Assembly: GCA_963555815.3 (NCBI GenBank)
Contig: CAUVWX020000002.1
Span: 192,001-256,000, forward strand
Reading direction: 5' to 3'
DNA length: 64,000 nucleotides
Source: a bacterium
Lineage (GTDB): Bacteria > UBA8248 > JACPRG01 > G963555815
Shown here: positions 9,788 to 20,429 of the stretch, piece by piece
How positions within the stretch are numbered: the first letter of the stretch is position 1
How the letters are laid out: every line of letters begins with the position of its first letter
The notes under the pieces: generated by a model
The model's input: only the letters and a program-made list of their open reading frames with translations
Databases searched by the model: none
Told to the model about the DNA's origin: nothing
Program-made: the position numbers and the translations under genes

Positions 9788-11195
9788 GTGGACCTGGAGT
9801 TCCGACAAGAACAAAGGCAGACGCAGAAGCTGGTCATGACGGTCATGCTTCAACAGGCCATCCAGCTCCTGCCCCTCTCACGCTTTGAGCTTCAACAGCG
9901 AGTCCAGCAGGAGATGGTGGAGAACCCCTTCCTCGAAGAGGTGCTGATCGGTGAGAATGGGGGTGAAGGCCAGGAAGAAGAGGTGCAGACCCCAGAGGCG
10001 CCCGAAGGAGAGATCATGGACCCCGACCTCGCCTTGCTGGCTCCCTTCGGTGACACCCTTGATCTCGGCTATTACGAAGAGGACCTCCCGGCGCGCCCCT
10101 CTCCGGAGGCCACCCTCAGTTGCGAGACCTCCCTCTCGGACCACCTCCATTGGCAGCTCTCCCTCTCGGCGGCCGAAAGAGAGGAGAGGGTTTTGGGGGC
10201 CCTCATCATCGGGAATATTTCCGAGGAGGGTTATTTCCAGGGGGACCTTGAGGAGATCGCGAGAGAGGGCGAGACGACCACAGAGTGGGCGGCCGAGGTC
10301 CTAAAGCTCATCCGGTCCTTCGACCCGCCGGGGGGTGGGGGCTTGCTCCCTTCCGGAGTGTCTTCGCCCACAGGTGGAGTCTCTGGGGGACATGAGCCCG
10401 CTTCTGGACGCACTCTTGAACGACCACCTGGACAAGTTGGAGGACCGGAACCTTCCGAAGATCGCCCGGTTTCTTGGAGTCGAGGTTTCTGAAGTGGCGG
10501 CGGCTGCGCGACTCATCCGGGGACTGGACCCCTATCCGGGTCTTCGATACCAGCGGTCCCGTGCCGAGTACATCTATCCCGATGTCTATGTGATCAAGAT
10601 GGGCGATGAATATCAGGTCTATCTTAATGACGACGGCCTCCCGAGACTTCGGATCAACGGCTATTATCGAAGAATCATCCAGCAGGGGGCAAACGCCGCC
10701 GACAAAGCCTATCTGGGCGAGCGGTTTAAGTCGGCCCTTTGGCTCATCAGGAGTATTGAACAGCGCCGCCAGACGCTTCTAAAGGTCTCCCGCAGCATTG
10801 TCCACCACCAACGTGATTTCTTCGACGGAGGCCTCGAAGCCCTTCATCCCCTCGTGTTGAGGCAGGTGGCGGAAGACATCGAGATGCATGAGTCCACTGT
10901 TAGCCGTGTCACCACCCAAAAGTACATGCACACCCCGCAGGGGGTCCTTGAACTGAAGTTCTTTTTCAATGGGGGGCTGGGATTGCTAGACGGCGAAAGC
11001 ATGTCTTCTACATCGGTCAAGGAACAAGTGCGCCGTCTTGTGGAGAAAGAAGACCCTCTGAAGCCCCTTACGGATGAGCAAATCGGGGAGGCCCTCAGGG
11101 CCAGAAGCATCATCATTGCTCGAAGAACGGTGACGAAGTACCGAAAGGAACTGAAACTCCCCACGGCTGGAAAGCGGAAAAAGGTTTGCACCTAA
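9788..11195 (+). pseudogene. rpoN: RNA polymerase sigma-54 factor, split by a +1 frameshift (possibly a sequencing error)
   Basis: N-terminal LQQAIQLL..ENPFLE; C-terminal HESTVSR and RpoN box ARRTVTKYR. ORFs 9788..10492 and 10335..11195 join if one G is removed from the G6 run at 10330-10335, restoring FDPPGVGACSLPECL. Confidence 0.92.
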
Positions 11196-11292
11196 AGGCC
11201 CTTTGGGAGACGGCGATGTCCTCATATCGCTCCGAGGACAGCCGCTTCACACTCCTTGATCAGGGGTTCCCTGGGGTCACTTGGGGACAGAG

Positions 11293-12258
11293 ATGAGTTT
11301 GCTGACGGTTCAAGAGCTCCTGGAGGACCAGGGAAAGACCCTTGAGCTGGAAATTCTTGCGGGGGCCAAGGGGCTTCAGAATCCCATCGGGCACCCGCGG
11401 ATCCAGAAGTACAGCCTGGCCTTTGCGGGCTACTTCCGGTTTTTCCATCCCGACCGGGTTCAGATTATGGGCGAGACGGAGGTGTCTTACCTTCAAACCC
11501 TTCCGCCCCCCCGCCAGACAGAGGTCATCGATGCCCTTTTCGCCCATCCCATCTGCTGCGTGGTCGTGACGAAGAGTTTAGAAGTCCCGCCCAGCCTGTT
11601 GGCGGCCGCCGACCGAAGTCAGGCCCCGGTCCTTCGTTCCGCGCGCAAGAGTTCCGTCGTGATGACACAGCTTTCGGCCTATGTGGAGGATCGCTTGGCG
11701 CCCAAGACGACGGTCCACGGGGTTCTGATGGACGTCTATGGCGTTGGGGTCCTTATCTTGGGCAAGAGCGGGATCGGCAAGAGCGAGAGCGCTCTCCACC
11801 TGATTCAACGCGGGCACCGCCTGATTGCCGACGATGTCGTGGAGGTGCGTCAGAAAGAGAACATCCTGGTGGGAAGCGGTTTGGAGCTCCTTCGCCACCA
11901 CATCGAGATCCGGGGTATGGGGATCGTGAACATCCGCGACCTCTTTGGGGTTGCGGCCATCCGTGACCATAAGAAGATTGAGCTCGTGGTCCACTTGCAG
12001 GAGTGGGATCCCAGGCAAGATTATGACCGCCTGGGCCTGGACGAAGAGACCCACACGCTTCTTGGTCTGGATATTCCGCTGGTTCGGGCCCCGGTGAGGC
12101 CCGGGCGGAATATTTCCACCATCATCGAAGTGTCCGCTCGAAATCAGCTCCTTCGGGTTATGGGCTATCACTCCGCCGAGGTTTTAGACCGGGAGCTCCT
12201 CCAGCAGCTTATCGAGGTCCCCACCGCCTCTAAATCTTTCGAGCGCAATGAAGAGTAA
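11293..12258 (+). CDS. hprK: HPr kinase/phosphorylase
   Basis: HGVLMDV, GKSGIGKSE, LIADD, EIRGMGI, PVRPGRN. Confidence 0.97.
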   Translation: MSLLTVQELLEDQGKTLELEILAGAKGLQNPIGHPRIQKYSLAFAGYFRFFHPDRVQIMGETEVSYLQTLPPPRQTEVIDALFAHPICCVVVTKSLEVPPSLLAAADRSQAPVLRSARKSSVVMTQLSAYVEDRLAPKTTVHGVLMDVYGVGVLILGKSGIGKSESALHLIQRGHRLIADDVVEVRQKENILVGSGLELLRHHIEIRGMGIVNIRDLFGVAAIRDHKKIELVVHLQEWDPRQDYDRLGLDEETHTLLGLDIPLVRAPVRPGRNISTIIEVSARNQLLRVMGYHSAEVLDRELLQQLIEVPTASKSFERNEE

Positions 12259-12700
12259 GGGGTCCGAAGAGGGGGCTCGGCCGGCACCCCTGGGGGTCGT
12301 CCTCGTGACACACGGGCGACTGGGGGTGGAACTTAAGGAAATTGCGGAGGTTATCGTGGGGCCGCTTGCGGGGGTGAAGGCCGTTAGCATTGATAAGGAC
12401 GTGGACCGGGCCCGGACCGCCATCGGAGAGGCCATCGATGAGGTGGACCGGGGTCCTGGGGTCCTCCTCCTCATCGATATGTTCGGGGGCACTCCCTCTA
12501 ACCTCAGCCTCTCCTTCCTTGACCAGAAAAAGGTGGAGGTCGTCACAGGCGTCAATCTCCCCATGCTTCTCAAGCTCCCATTCATCTTGGACAAGATGGA
12601 CCTGAAAGAGGCAGCGGCCTTCATCCGGGACTACGGGAGAAAGAATATCGCCGTGGCCGGCGCGCTCTTGACCCCCTCTGAGGCGGGGCCGGAGGCTTGA
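12248..12700 (+). CDS. PTS mannose/fructose-family EIIA component
   Basis: VLVTHG, DMFGGTPSN, VTGVNLPML. Confidence 0.93.
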   Translation: MKSKGSEEGARPAPLGVVLVTHGRLGVELKEIAEVIVGPLAGVKAVSIDKDVDRARTAIGEAIDEVDRGPGVLLLIDMFGGTPSNLSLSFLDQKKVEVVTGVNLPMLLKLPFILDKMDLKEAAAFIRDYGRKNIAVAGALLTPSEAGPEA

Positions 12701-12975
12701 GCCTCGAGGTGAAGGCGGAGGTCATCATTCAGAACCGGTTAGGGCTTCACGCCCGGTCGGCGGCGGCGCTCGTGAAGGTGACCAATCGGTACACCTGCGA
12801 GGTGACGATCGCCAAGGATGGTCTGGTCGTGAACGGCAAGAGCATTATGGAAGTGATGATGCTGGGGGCAGCGAAGGGGACCCGCCTGACTTTGCGGGCC
12901 GAGGGACCTGACGCCGAGGCCCTTGTCACTGAGTTGGTCCACCTCATTAACCAGAAGTTTTACGAGGACTCATGA
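12697..12975 (+). CDS. ptsH: Phosphocarrier protein HPr
   Basis: GLHARSAA (His15) and GKSIM (Ser46). Confidence 0.96.
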   Translation: MSLEVKAEVIIQNRLGLHARSAAALVKVTNRYTCEVTIAKDGLVVNGKSIMEVMMLGAAKGTRLTLRAEGPDAEALVTELVHLINQKFYEDS

Positions 12976-14735
12976 CGACTGTTTCACCCAGAGAAGAAGA
13001 ACTCTACGGGGTCGGGGTTTCCCCCGGGATTATCCAGGGTGAGGTCCATCTCGTGGGCCGAAGACACCAGGAGGTTCCTCGGTATCGTATTTCCCCTAAT
13101 GAGGTGGAGGCGGAAGTGGAGCGCTTCCAGCGGGCCCTGGAGGAGGCCCGGGAGGAGCACTCCAGGTTTCTTAGACGTTTGAGCCCCGTCCTCAGGAGGG
13201 AACACCTCGGCATCCTGGATGTCCACCACCTCCTCCTCGGGGATGAGATGCTGATCCAGGCTGCCGTGAAGCACGTGCGCCAGGATCGCTGGAATGCCGA
13301 ATGGGCCCTTCAGATGGCCGTAGACCGGTTCAAAGGGGTCTTTGAGGCGATGGGCCATGAGTATTTGCGGGAACGGCAGGGGGATCTGCACCAGGTGAGC
13401 GAGCATCTCTTGAGCCATCTCCTCGGCACGGCCCGATCGGGTAGCCCGCTGGCCCAGAGACCGATGGTCTTGGTGGCCCACGAGCTCACGCCCGCCGAGC
13501 TGCTGGATCTCCACCAGGGACCCCTTCTTGGTTTTGTGACTGACCTTGGCGGCAAGACCTCTCACACCGCGATCCTCGCCGGTGCCCTGGATATCCCGGC
13601 CGTCGTGGGTCTCAGGGAGATCACACAACGGGTTCGAACGGGGGATGCGATCCTCTTGGACGGGGAGACGGGGCGTGTGGTCCTTCATCCCCTGAAGGAG
13701 ACCATCCGGGAAAGCGAATCAAGTCGCCGCCGATATATCCAGCATCAAGAGGCCCTGCAGAGGTTGAGAACCCTGGCCTGTGTCACCTTGGACGGGATGC
13801 GGTGCGCCCTGAGAGCTAACGTAGAGCTGGCTGGGGAAGTCGCCGCGGTCCAGGCTTGCGGCGCCGAAGGAGTGGGTCTTTACAGAACCGAATACCTCTT
13901 TCTCAACCGGCCCGACCTGCCCGGGGAGGAGGAGCACTTTCAAGCCTACCGGAGGCTGGCTGAGTCCGTCCTGCCCCACCCGGCTGTCATTCGAACCTTT
14001 GACCTGAGGGGGGACATCTTTCCGGCTTCCCTGGGCCTTCCTCATGAGCACAACCCCGCCCTGGGCCTCCGGGCGATTCGTCTGAGCCTGGAGCAAAAGG
14101 ATCTCTTCTTGCCCCAGCTCAGGGGGATCTTGAGGGCGAGCGCCTTTGGAAAGCTTCAGCTGATGTACCCACTCATCTCGGGAGTCGAGGAGGTCCGCAG
14201 GGCGAACGCCTTACTGGATGAGGTGAGGGAGGGACTTCGTGCCGAAGGGGTGGACTTCGACGAGAAGCTTCCGGTGGGAGTCATGATCGAGACCCCGTCT
14301 GCAGCGATTCTGGCCGATGTCCTGGCGCAGGGGGTGGATTTCTTCAGCATCGGGACGAACGACCTCAGCCAGTACACCCTCGCTCTGGATCGGGAGAACG
14401 AAAAGGTCTCGTCCTTTTACGAACCTTTCCACCCCGCCGTCCTTCGCCTCATCCGCAGTGTCATCGCACAGGCGGAAAAAGCTGGCATTCAGGTCGCCCT
14501 TTGCGGCGAGATGGCCGCGGACCCCCTTCAAGCCCTCGTCCTCATCGGGCTTGGGCTTCGAGACCTTAGCATGACCCCTCGCTCCATCCCCCGGGTGAAA
14601 CAGATTCTTCGGTCGATTTCCTTGGTCCAGGCGGAGGAGATGGCCCAAAAGGCCCTGGGGCTCGCAACGGCCGACGAGCTGAGGGCACTGAGGGCCTCGG
14701 TTCGCGAAGACCTGGCCCCCCAATTTCCCGACTAG
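12972..14735 (+). CDS. ptsI: PTS enzyme I
   Basis: GGKTSHTAI phospho-His, [33 protein letters not shown]. Confidence 0.97.
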   Translation: MTTVSPREEELYGVGVSPGIIQGEVHLVGRRHQEVPRYRISPNEVEAEVERFQRALEEAREEHSRFLRRLSPVLRREHLGILDVHHLLLGDEMLIQAAVKHVRQDRWNAEWALQMAVDRFKGVFEAMGHEYLRERQGDLHQVSEHLLSHLLGTARSGSPLAQRPMVLVAHELTPAELLDLHQGPLLGFVTDLGGKTSHTAILAGALDIPAVVGLREITQRVRTGDAILLDGETGRVVLHPLKETIRESESSRRRYIQHQEALQRLRTLACVTLDGMRCALRANVELAGEVAAVQACGAEGVGLYRTEYLFLNRPDLPGEEEHFQAYRRLAESVLPHPAVIRTFDLRGDIFPASLGLPHEHNPALGLRAIRLSLEQKDLFLPQLRGILRASAFGKLQLMYPLISGVEEVRRANALLDEVREGLRAEGVDFDEKLPVGVMIETPSAAILADVLAQGVDFFSIGTNDLSQYTLALDRENEKVSSFYEPFHPAVLRLIRSVIAQAEKAGIQVALCGEMAADPLQALVLIGLGLRDLSMTPRSIPRVKQILRSISLVQAEEMAQKALGLATADELRALRASVREDLAPQFPD

Positions 14736-14796
14736 TTACCCTTGGATCCAATCACTCTTTCGGCCCCGGTGTAAGCCGGGGGCTTGGGAGGCATCG

Positions 14797-15963
14797 ATGG
14801 GAAAGACGAATTTCTTATTTACGTCTGAGTCAGTGACGGAGGGTCACCCCGACAAGGTGTCCGATCAGATCTCTGACGCTGTCGTGGACGCTGTCTTGGA
14901 ACAGGACCCCTTCGGGCGGGTTGCCTGCGAGACCCTGGTGACGACGGGCCTTGCCTTTGTGTCCGGGGAGATCACGACAAAGTGTTATGTGCACATCCCG
15001 AGCATCGCGCGGCAGGTCATCCAGGACATCGGCTACACCCGTGCCAAGTATGGATTCGACTACGAGACCTGTGCCGTCATCACCTCCATTGACGAACAGT
15101 CGCCTGACATAGACTTGGGAGTCTCTGAGCGGGGGGGACATGAACAGGGGGCAGGGGACCAGGGGCTGATGTTCGGATACGCCACTCGGGAGACCGAGGA
15201 GCTTATGCCCCTTCCCATCTTGCTGGCCCACAGGCTCTGCGAACGCCTGGCCGAGATTCGAAAGAATGACATTGTCAGCTATCTTCGCCCTGACGGGAAG
15301 AGTCAGGTGACGGTAGAGTACGTCAACGGGACCCCCCTTCGGGTGGACACAGTCGTGGTGGCGGCCCAGCATAGCCCCGATGTCAAGCTCGAGGAGTTAC
15401 GAGAGGACATAATCGAGAAGGTCATCAAGCCGGTGATCCCTGCCCATCTCTTGGATGAGGAACGGGTCACTTATCATGTGAACCCCACTGGGCGGTTCGT
15501 GCTGGGAGGGCCCAAGGCCGACACCGGCCTGACCGGCCGGAAGCTCATCGTGGACACCTACGGAGGGGTTGGGAGCCACGGGGGGGGATCCTTCTCCGGC
15601 AAGGACCCCAGCAAGGTGGACCGCTCAGCGTCTTATATGGTCCGCCACATTGCCAAGAACCTCGTGGCGTCCTCTGCCTGCGACAAGTGCGAGGTCCAAC
15701 TCGCCTACGCCATTGGTATCCCTGAACCGGTCTCGGTCATGGTGGACGATTTCGGGACGGGCCGGGTTGAACTGGAGAAGATGCGACGAAGTGTCCGCGA
15801 GGTCTTCCCCCTGAAACCCAGGCAGATCATCGAATACCTGGATCTCCGTCGGCCCATCTTCCGAAAGACGGCTGCCTACGGACACTTCGGCCGAAACGAA
15901 CCCGAGTTCACCTGGGAGAAGACGAACCGGGTGGACGACATAAAAACCGCCCTCGGCCTTTAA
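14797..15963 (+). CDS. metK: S-adenosylmethionine synthetase
   Basis: [28 protein letters not shown]. Confidence 0.99.
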   Translation: MGKTNFLFTSESVTEGHPDKVSDQISDAVVDAVLEQDPFGRVACETLVTTGLAFVSGEITTKCYVHIPSIARQVIQDIGYTRAKYGFDYETCAVITSIDEQSPDIDLGVSERGGHEQGAGDQGLMFGYATRETEELMPLPILLAHRLCERLAEIRKNDIVSYLRPDGKSQVTVEYVNGTPLRVDTVVVAAQHSPDVKLEELREDIIEKVIKPVIPAHLLDEERVTYHVNPTGRFVLGGPKADTGLTGRKLIVDTYGGVGSHGGGSFSGKDPSKVDRSASYMVRHIAKNLVASSACDKCEVQLAYAIGIPEPVSVMVDDFGTGRVELEKMRRSVREVFPLKPRQIIEYLDLRRPIFRKTAAYGHFGRNEPEFTWEKTNRVDDIKTALGL

Positions 15964-15993
15964 AACCTTTCTTCACCAGTCTGGAGGGACTTT

Positions 15994-17250
15994 ATGGACT
16001 ACGATATCGCAGACCCCGGCTTGACCGAAAAGGGACTGCTTCGAATCGAGTGGGCGAGCAGGGGGATGCCTGTCCTGAAAAGCATCAGCGCCCGCTTCGC
16101 CAAGGAGCAGCCTCTGAAGGGGATCCGCATGGGGGGCTGCCTGCACATCACCACAGAGACGGCAAACCTGGCCCTGGCCTTGAAGGCAGGGGGGGCCGAG
16201 CTGCGGCTTTGCGCCTCGAACCCCCTCAGCACCCAGGACGACGTGACGGCGGCCCTGGTCTCCCACCATGAAATCTCTGTCTTCGCCCGAAAGGGGGAAG
16301 ACCACGAGACCTACTACCGCCACATCCGTTCGGCCCTCGCCCACGAACCGCAGGTGACCCTGGACGACGGAGCCGACCTCGTCTCCACGCTCCATCAGGA
16401 GGCCCAGGCCATCATCCCCCGCATGATCGGCGGGACCGAGGAGACAACGACCGGCGTCATCCGCCTGCGGCAAATGGCCGAGGAGGGGATCCTCGGGTAT
16501 CCCATCGTCGCCGTCAACGACGCCAAGACCAAATATCTCTTCGACAACCGGTACGGGACCGGACAGAGCACCCTCGATGCCATCATGCGGGCGACCAACC
16601 GGCTCATAGCGGGCTCAGTCTTCGTGGTGGCCGGCTACGGCTGGTGCGGGAGGGGGTTGGCCCAAAGGGCCCGGGGAATGGGGGCGAACGTCATCATCAC
16701 GGAGGTGGACCCCCTGAAGGCCCTGGAAGCTATCATGGACGGCCTCCGAGTCCTCACTATGGAGGAGGCGGCGCCCTTGGGGGACTTCTTTGTCACCCTC
16801 ACCGGGGATACAGATATCCTCAGAGGAGAACATTTCGACCTGATGAAGGACGGGGCCATCGTGGCCAACTCCGGGCACTTCAATGTAGAGATCGACATCG
16901 CAGCCCTGGAGGCCATGGCGGTCGAGAGGGCGAAACTGCGGGACTCCGTCGAGGAATTTGTCCTTCCATCAGGGCGGAGGGTCATCCTTCTGGGGGAGGG
17001 GCGCTTGGTGAATCTGAGCGCCGCAGAAGGTCATCCCAGCAGCGTCATGGACATGAGTTTTGCCAATCAGGCCCTCTCGGTGGAATACCTGGTGAAAGAA
17101 GCGGGTCACCTGGAACACCGCGTATATCCCGTCCCAAAAGAGATCGATCAGGATATCGCTCGCCTGAAGCTGGAGGCCTTTGGCGTCCACATCGACTCTC
17201 TCTCTGAGAAACAATCGGCCTACCTGACCTCCTGGGCCCACGGGACCTGA
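15994..17250 (+). CDS. ahcY: Adenosylhomocysteinase
   Basis: [46 protein letters not shown]. Confidence 0.98.
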   Translation: MDYDIADPGLTEKGLLRIEWASRGMPVLKSISARFAKEQPLKGIRMGGCLHITTETANLALALKAGGAELRLCASNPLSTQDDVTAALVSHHEISVFARKGEDHETYYRHIRSALAHEPQVTLDDGADLVSTLHQEAQAIIPRMIGGTEETTTGVIRLRQMAEEGILGYPIVAVNDAKTKYLFDNRYGTGQSTLDAIMRATNRLIAGSVFVVAGYGWCGRGLAQRARGMGANVIITEVDPLKALEAIMDGLRVLTMEEAAPLGDFFVTLTGDTDILRGEHFDLMKDGAIVANSGHFNVEIDIAALEAMAVERAKLRDSVEEFVLPSGRRVILLGEGRLVNLSAAEGHPSSVMDMSFANQALSVEYLVKEAGHLEHRVYPVPKEIDQDIARLKLEAFGVHIDSLSEKQSAYLTSWAHGT

Positions 17251-17281
17251 TGAGGGGGCAGGGCCCCTTTGTAGGAAAGAC

Positions 17282-17956
17282 GTGGAGCGTCTGCTCGAGC
17301 CCGAGGTGATGGACTCCCCCGAAGAGGCGGTCGAGTATGACCGGATGGACCACCGTCTGGCGAACGAGGCCTTCGTCGAGAGGGCCCTCGAACTTGGAGC
17401 AAAAGGGGGCGGCTTTCTGGATCTCGGGACAGGCCCTGCGGAGATCTCCGTCCTCCTCTGCCAGGGGCTTCCCGATCTGAAGGTCATCGCCTGTGACCTC
17501 TCGCAAGGCATGTTGGCGATCGCCGCCCAGCGGGTCGAAAACGCCGGTCTCCAGGACCGGATCGATCTTCACCGCCTGGACGCCAAGATTCTTCCTTTCA
17601 AAGACGCCTTCTTTGACGGCCTTCTCTCGAACAGCCTCATCCACCATCTCCCCGATCCGATCCTGGCCCTGCGTGAGATGGTCCGTGTGGTCCGAGACGA
17701 TGGGCTTTTCCTCGTCCGGGACCTCATTCGCCCTGAGACAGAAGAGCGGGCGCAGGAGCTTGTTCGAGAATACGCGGGGGAGGAGGGAGAAAGAGGACAG
17801 AGGATGTTCTACAATTCTTTCCTGGCTTCTTTGACTCTGGAGGAGGTGAAGGGACTCGTTGCCGATCTCCATCTTCCGGGAACCAGGGTCTTTCAGTCCT
17901 CGGACCGGCATTGGACTCTTGAGCGGCCGGCCGGCGGGGACCAGAGAAACTCCTGA
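17282..17956 (+). CDS. Class I SAM-dependent methyltransferase
   Basis: LDLGTG motif I; SNSLIHH; family-typical N-terminus MERLLEPEVMD. Confidence 0.88.
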   Translation: MERLLEPEVMDSPEEAVEYDRMDHRLANEAFVERALELGAKGGGFLDLGTGPAEISVLLCQGLPDLKVIACDLSQGMLAIAAQRVENAGLQDRIDLHRLDAKILPFKDAFFDGLLSNSLIHHLPDPILALREMVRVVRDDGLFLVRDLIRPETEERAQELVREYAGEEGERGQRMFYNSFLASLTLEEVKGLVADLHLPGTRVFQSSDRHWTLERPAGGDQRNS

Positions 17957-17972
17957 AGGGGGAGAGGATAGG

Positions 17973-19064
17973 GTGGTTTCGTCCTGCTGGGCCCCGGGCC
18001 ACAGGAGGTGGCTGTGGGGGGTTCTCTTGGTTTGGGCGCTTTCCGGATGCTCGAAGCCCGCTTACTTGGTGGGACTTGCCCGAGGACAGGCCAAGATCCT
18101 TGCCCACAAGGTCCCCATTGCGGACATTCTCAAGGAGCCCCCCGAAGACCTTTCCGAGGAGCACCTTGCAAGGCTCCGCATGGTCCCTGAGATTAAAAAC
18201 TTCTCTGCCCGTTTGGGACTTGAGGTTGAAGATCTCTACTCCACCTACTCGCCTGTCCGAGACTTTGAACTGTGGGTCGTCAGCGCCAGCGAAAAACTTC
18301 ATCTAGAGTCTTATCTCTGGCGCTGGCCCCTGGTCGGGTCCGTTCCCTACAAAGGTTTCTTCTCGAAAGAGGCCGCCCAGAAGGAGATGCGGGCTTTAAA
18401 AGCCCGGGGCCTCGATGTCAATCTCAGAAGCGTCCCGACCTACAGCACCATCGGCTGGTTTGAGGACCCTGTCCTCCCCCCGATGCTCCGCGCTTCGGAG
18501 ATCTCTTTCATCGGCCTTCTCATCCATGAGGCGGTCCACGCCACCATCTACCGCCCCGACGACGCAGTCTTTAATGAAGGGGTGGCGGCCTTCATTGAGC
18601 GGAAAGGGGTGGAGCTTTTTGTCCGGGAAAAGCACGGGATTTCTTCCGAAACCTATCAGCGCTATCTAAAGAGAGAACGGGGCCAGAGGGCCTTTTTGCA
18701 GGTCATCAACTCCCTATTTGAAGAGCTTGGGAGCCTGTATTCGCAGGAGATCCCGGAGGCCGAAAAGCTCAGCCGCCGCCAAGCACTCTTTGATCGATAT
18801 CTCTCGGCCCACGCCAACCTTCAGAAGAGGGTGGAGGCAGAGCAGCGTAAGGCGGGAGAGGGTGTGGACCTGAACAACGCTTTTCTCCTCTCTTATCGGA
18901 TCTATTTTGAAGAGGAGGAGAAGTTCGAGCGCCTCTACCGGGCCACGGGGAATGACCTCAAGCTCACACTCAAGCTTCTTACATCCCTGGGCCGAAGGGA
19001 AGGGGACCCCTTTGTTCTCATCGAAGAAGTCCTGGCAGAGCTTGCGGGAAACCCCGTGAGATGA
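17973..19064 (+). CDS. Putative zinc aminopeptidase lipoprotein (PF10023-like)
   Basis: Lipobox LSGC; VPYKGFF, YSTIGWFEDP, HEAVH plus downstream NEG zinc ligands. Confidence 0.85.
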   Translation: MVSSCWAPGHRRWLWGVLLVWALSGCSKPAYLVGLARGQAKILAHKVPIADILKEPPEDLSEEHLARLRMVPEIKNFSARLGLEVEDLYSTYSPVRDFELWVVSASEKLHLESYLWRWPLVGSVPYKGFFSKEAAQKEMRALKARGLDVNLRSVPTYSTIGWFEDPVLPPMLRASEISFIGLLIHEAVHATIYRPDDAVFNEGVAAFIERKGVELFVREKHGISSETYQRYLKRERGQRAFLQVINSLFEELGSLYSQEIPEAEKLSRRQALFDRYLSAHANLQKRVEAEQRKAGEGVDLNNAFLLSYRIYFEEEEKFERLYRATGNDLKLTLKLLTSLGRREGDPFVLIEEVLAELAGNPVR

Positions 19065-19194
19065 ACAGAAACGGTTTTGCCTTTCTCAACTTTTGGTAGA
19101 ACGTTCTCCCCATGTAAAGACATGCAGGGAGAAGCGCATGATCAGGGCGTCGGGTTGATTTTTCCCCTTAATGTGCCATATATTTTAGGGAGTT

Positions 19195-20385
19195 ATGAGG
19201 AGGGGGAAGCCCTTGTTGAAACGAAGGCCTAAAAAACTCGCGATCTGGGGTGGAGGACTCTTCGTTGCAGGAGCGCTTCTCGTCGGGACCATCCCGGGTT
19301 TGGTCCTGGCGCGATCCCTCTCAGTGACGAAAATTCTGGCTGAGACCCACCCCGATTCCACCCGGATCGTCATCCATGTAAGCGGTCCGACCTCCTATCG
19401 CCACGACCGACTCCATGACCCTGAGCGACTCTATGTGGACGTCCATGGGAGTGTGCTGAGGCTTCAAACGCCCGGGGACATTCCTAGTCACAGCAGTCAC
19501 CTAAAGCGGATCCGAACAGCTCAAAACAGCCCCTCCGTTGTCCGGGTGGTCCTCGACCTGAAGAAAAACCCGGGCTATCGGGTCTTCACGCTGGCCAATC
19601 CTTTTCGGATCGTGGTGGAGATCCAGGGGGGTTCACCCAACGGGGAGGGGAGGGTCGATCCCCTTGAACTCACATTGGTCGAACGTTTTAAACGGGGCCT
19701 CGGCAGGATTGTCATCGACCCGGGACATGGGGGGAAAGACCCAGGGGCCATCGGGGTGACGGGTCTCGAGGAGAAAAAGGTGGCCTTGGATATCGCAAGA
19801 CGCCTCGCCCCCATCCTTCGCAAAGCGCTTCGAGCGACTGTCTTTCTCACCCGGGAGAAAGACGTGTTTCTCTCCCTGGAGGCCCGCACCGCTTTTGCCA
19901 ATGCCAAGAAGGCCGATCTTTTCATCTCCATCCACGCGAATTCAAGCCCTCGGTCCAAAGTCAGAGGCATTGAGACTTTCATTCTCCGGGAGGCCTCGAG
20001 CCGGGATGCGCTGGAGACCGCTGCCCGTGAGAACAACGTTTCCATTAAAAAGCTCTCAGACCTTCAGATCATCCTGAGTGACTTGATGCTGCGCTCCAAG
20101 GCTGACGAGTCCCTGTTCCTGGCCCGGGCGGTTCATAACGCCTTGCTGATCTCCGTCAGGACGCGGTCCCCGAAGTCGCAGGATCTCGGCATCCGGCAGG
20201 CGCCCTTTTACGTTCTCCTCGGGGCTGAGATGCCGAGTATTCTCGTGGAGACAGGCTTTCTCTCCAACCGAAAGGACGAGAGGCAGATACGCTCGGCCCG
20301 CTATCGAAAGGCTCTTGCTTTGGCCATCGCCCAAGGCGTGAAAGATTTCGTCACTGGGGCTCCCATTACTGCCCAGGCCCGCTGA
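19195..20385 (+). CDS. N-acetylmuramoyl-L-alanine amidase (AMIN + Amidase_3)
   Basis: AMIN-like N-terminus; IDPGHGGKDPGA, SIHAN, PSILVETGF. Confidence 0.95.
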   Translation: MRRGKPLLKRRPKKLAIWGGGLFVAGALLVGTIPGLVLARSLSVTKILAETHPDSTRIVIHVSGPTSYRHDRLHDPERLYVDVHGSVLRLQTPGDIPSHSSHLKRIRTAQNSPSVVRVVLDLKKNPGYRVFTLANPFRIVVEIQGGSPNGEGRVDPLELTLVERFKRGLGRIVIDPGHGGKDPGAIGVTGLEEKKVALDIARRLAPILRKALRATVFLTREKDVFLSLEARTAFANAKKADLFISIHANSSPRSKVRGIETFILREASSRDALETAARENNVSIKKLSDLQIILSDLMLRSKADESLFLARAVHNALLISVRTRSPKSQDLGIRQAPFYVLLGAEMPSILVETGFLSNRKDERQIRSARYRKALALAIAQGVKDFVTGAPITAQAR

Positions 20386-20429
20386 GATCCTCTTAGGGGA
20401 ACCCGTCCACCCCATTTCGGATTGTCACC

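Noticed and set aside
14736..14796. SAM riboswitch upstream of metK
   Set aside because: Only about 60 nt with one CCCCGG/CCGGGG hairpin; no SAM-I/II core motifs.
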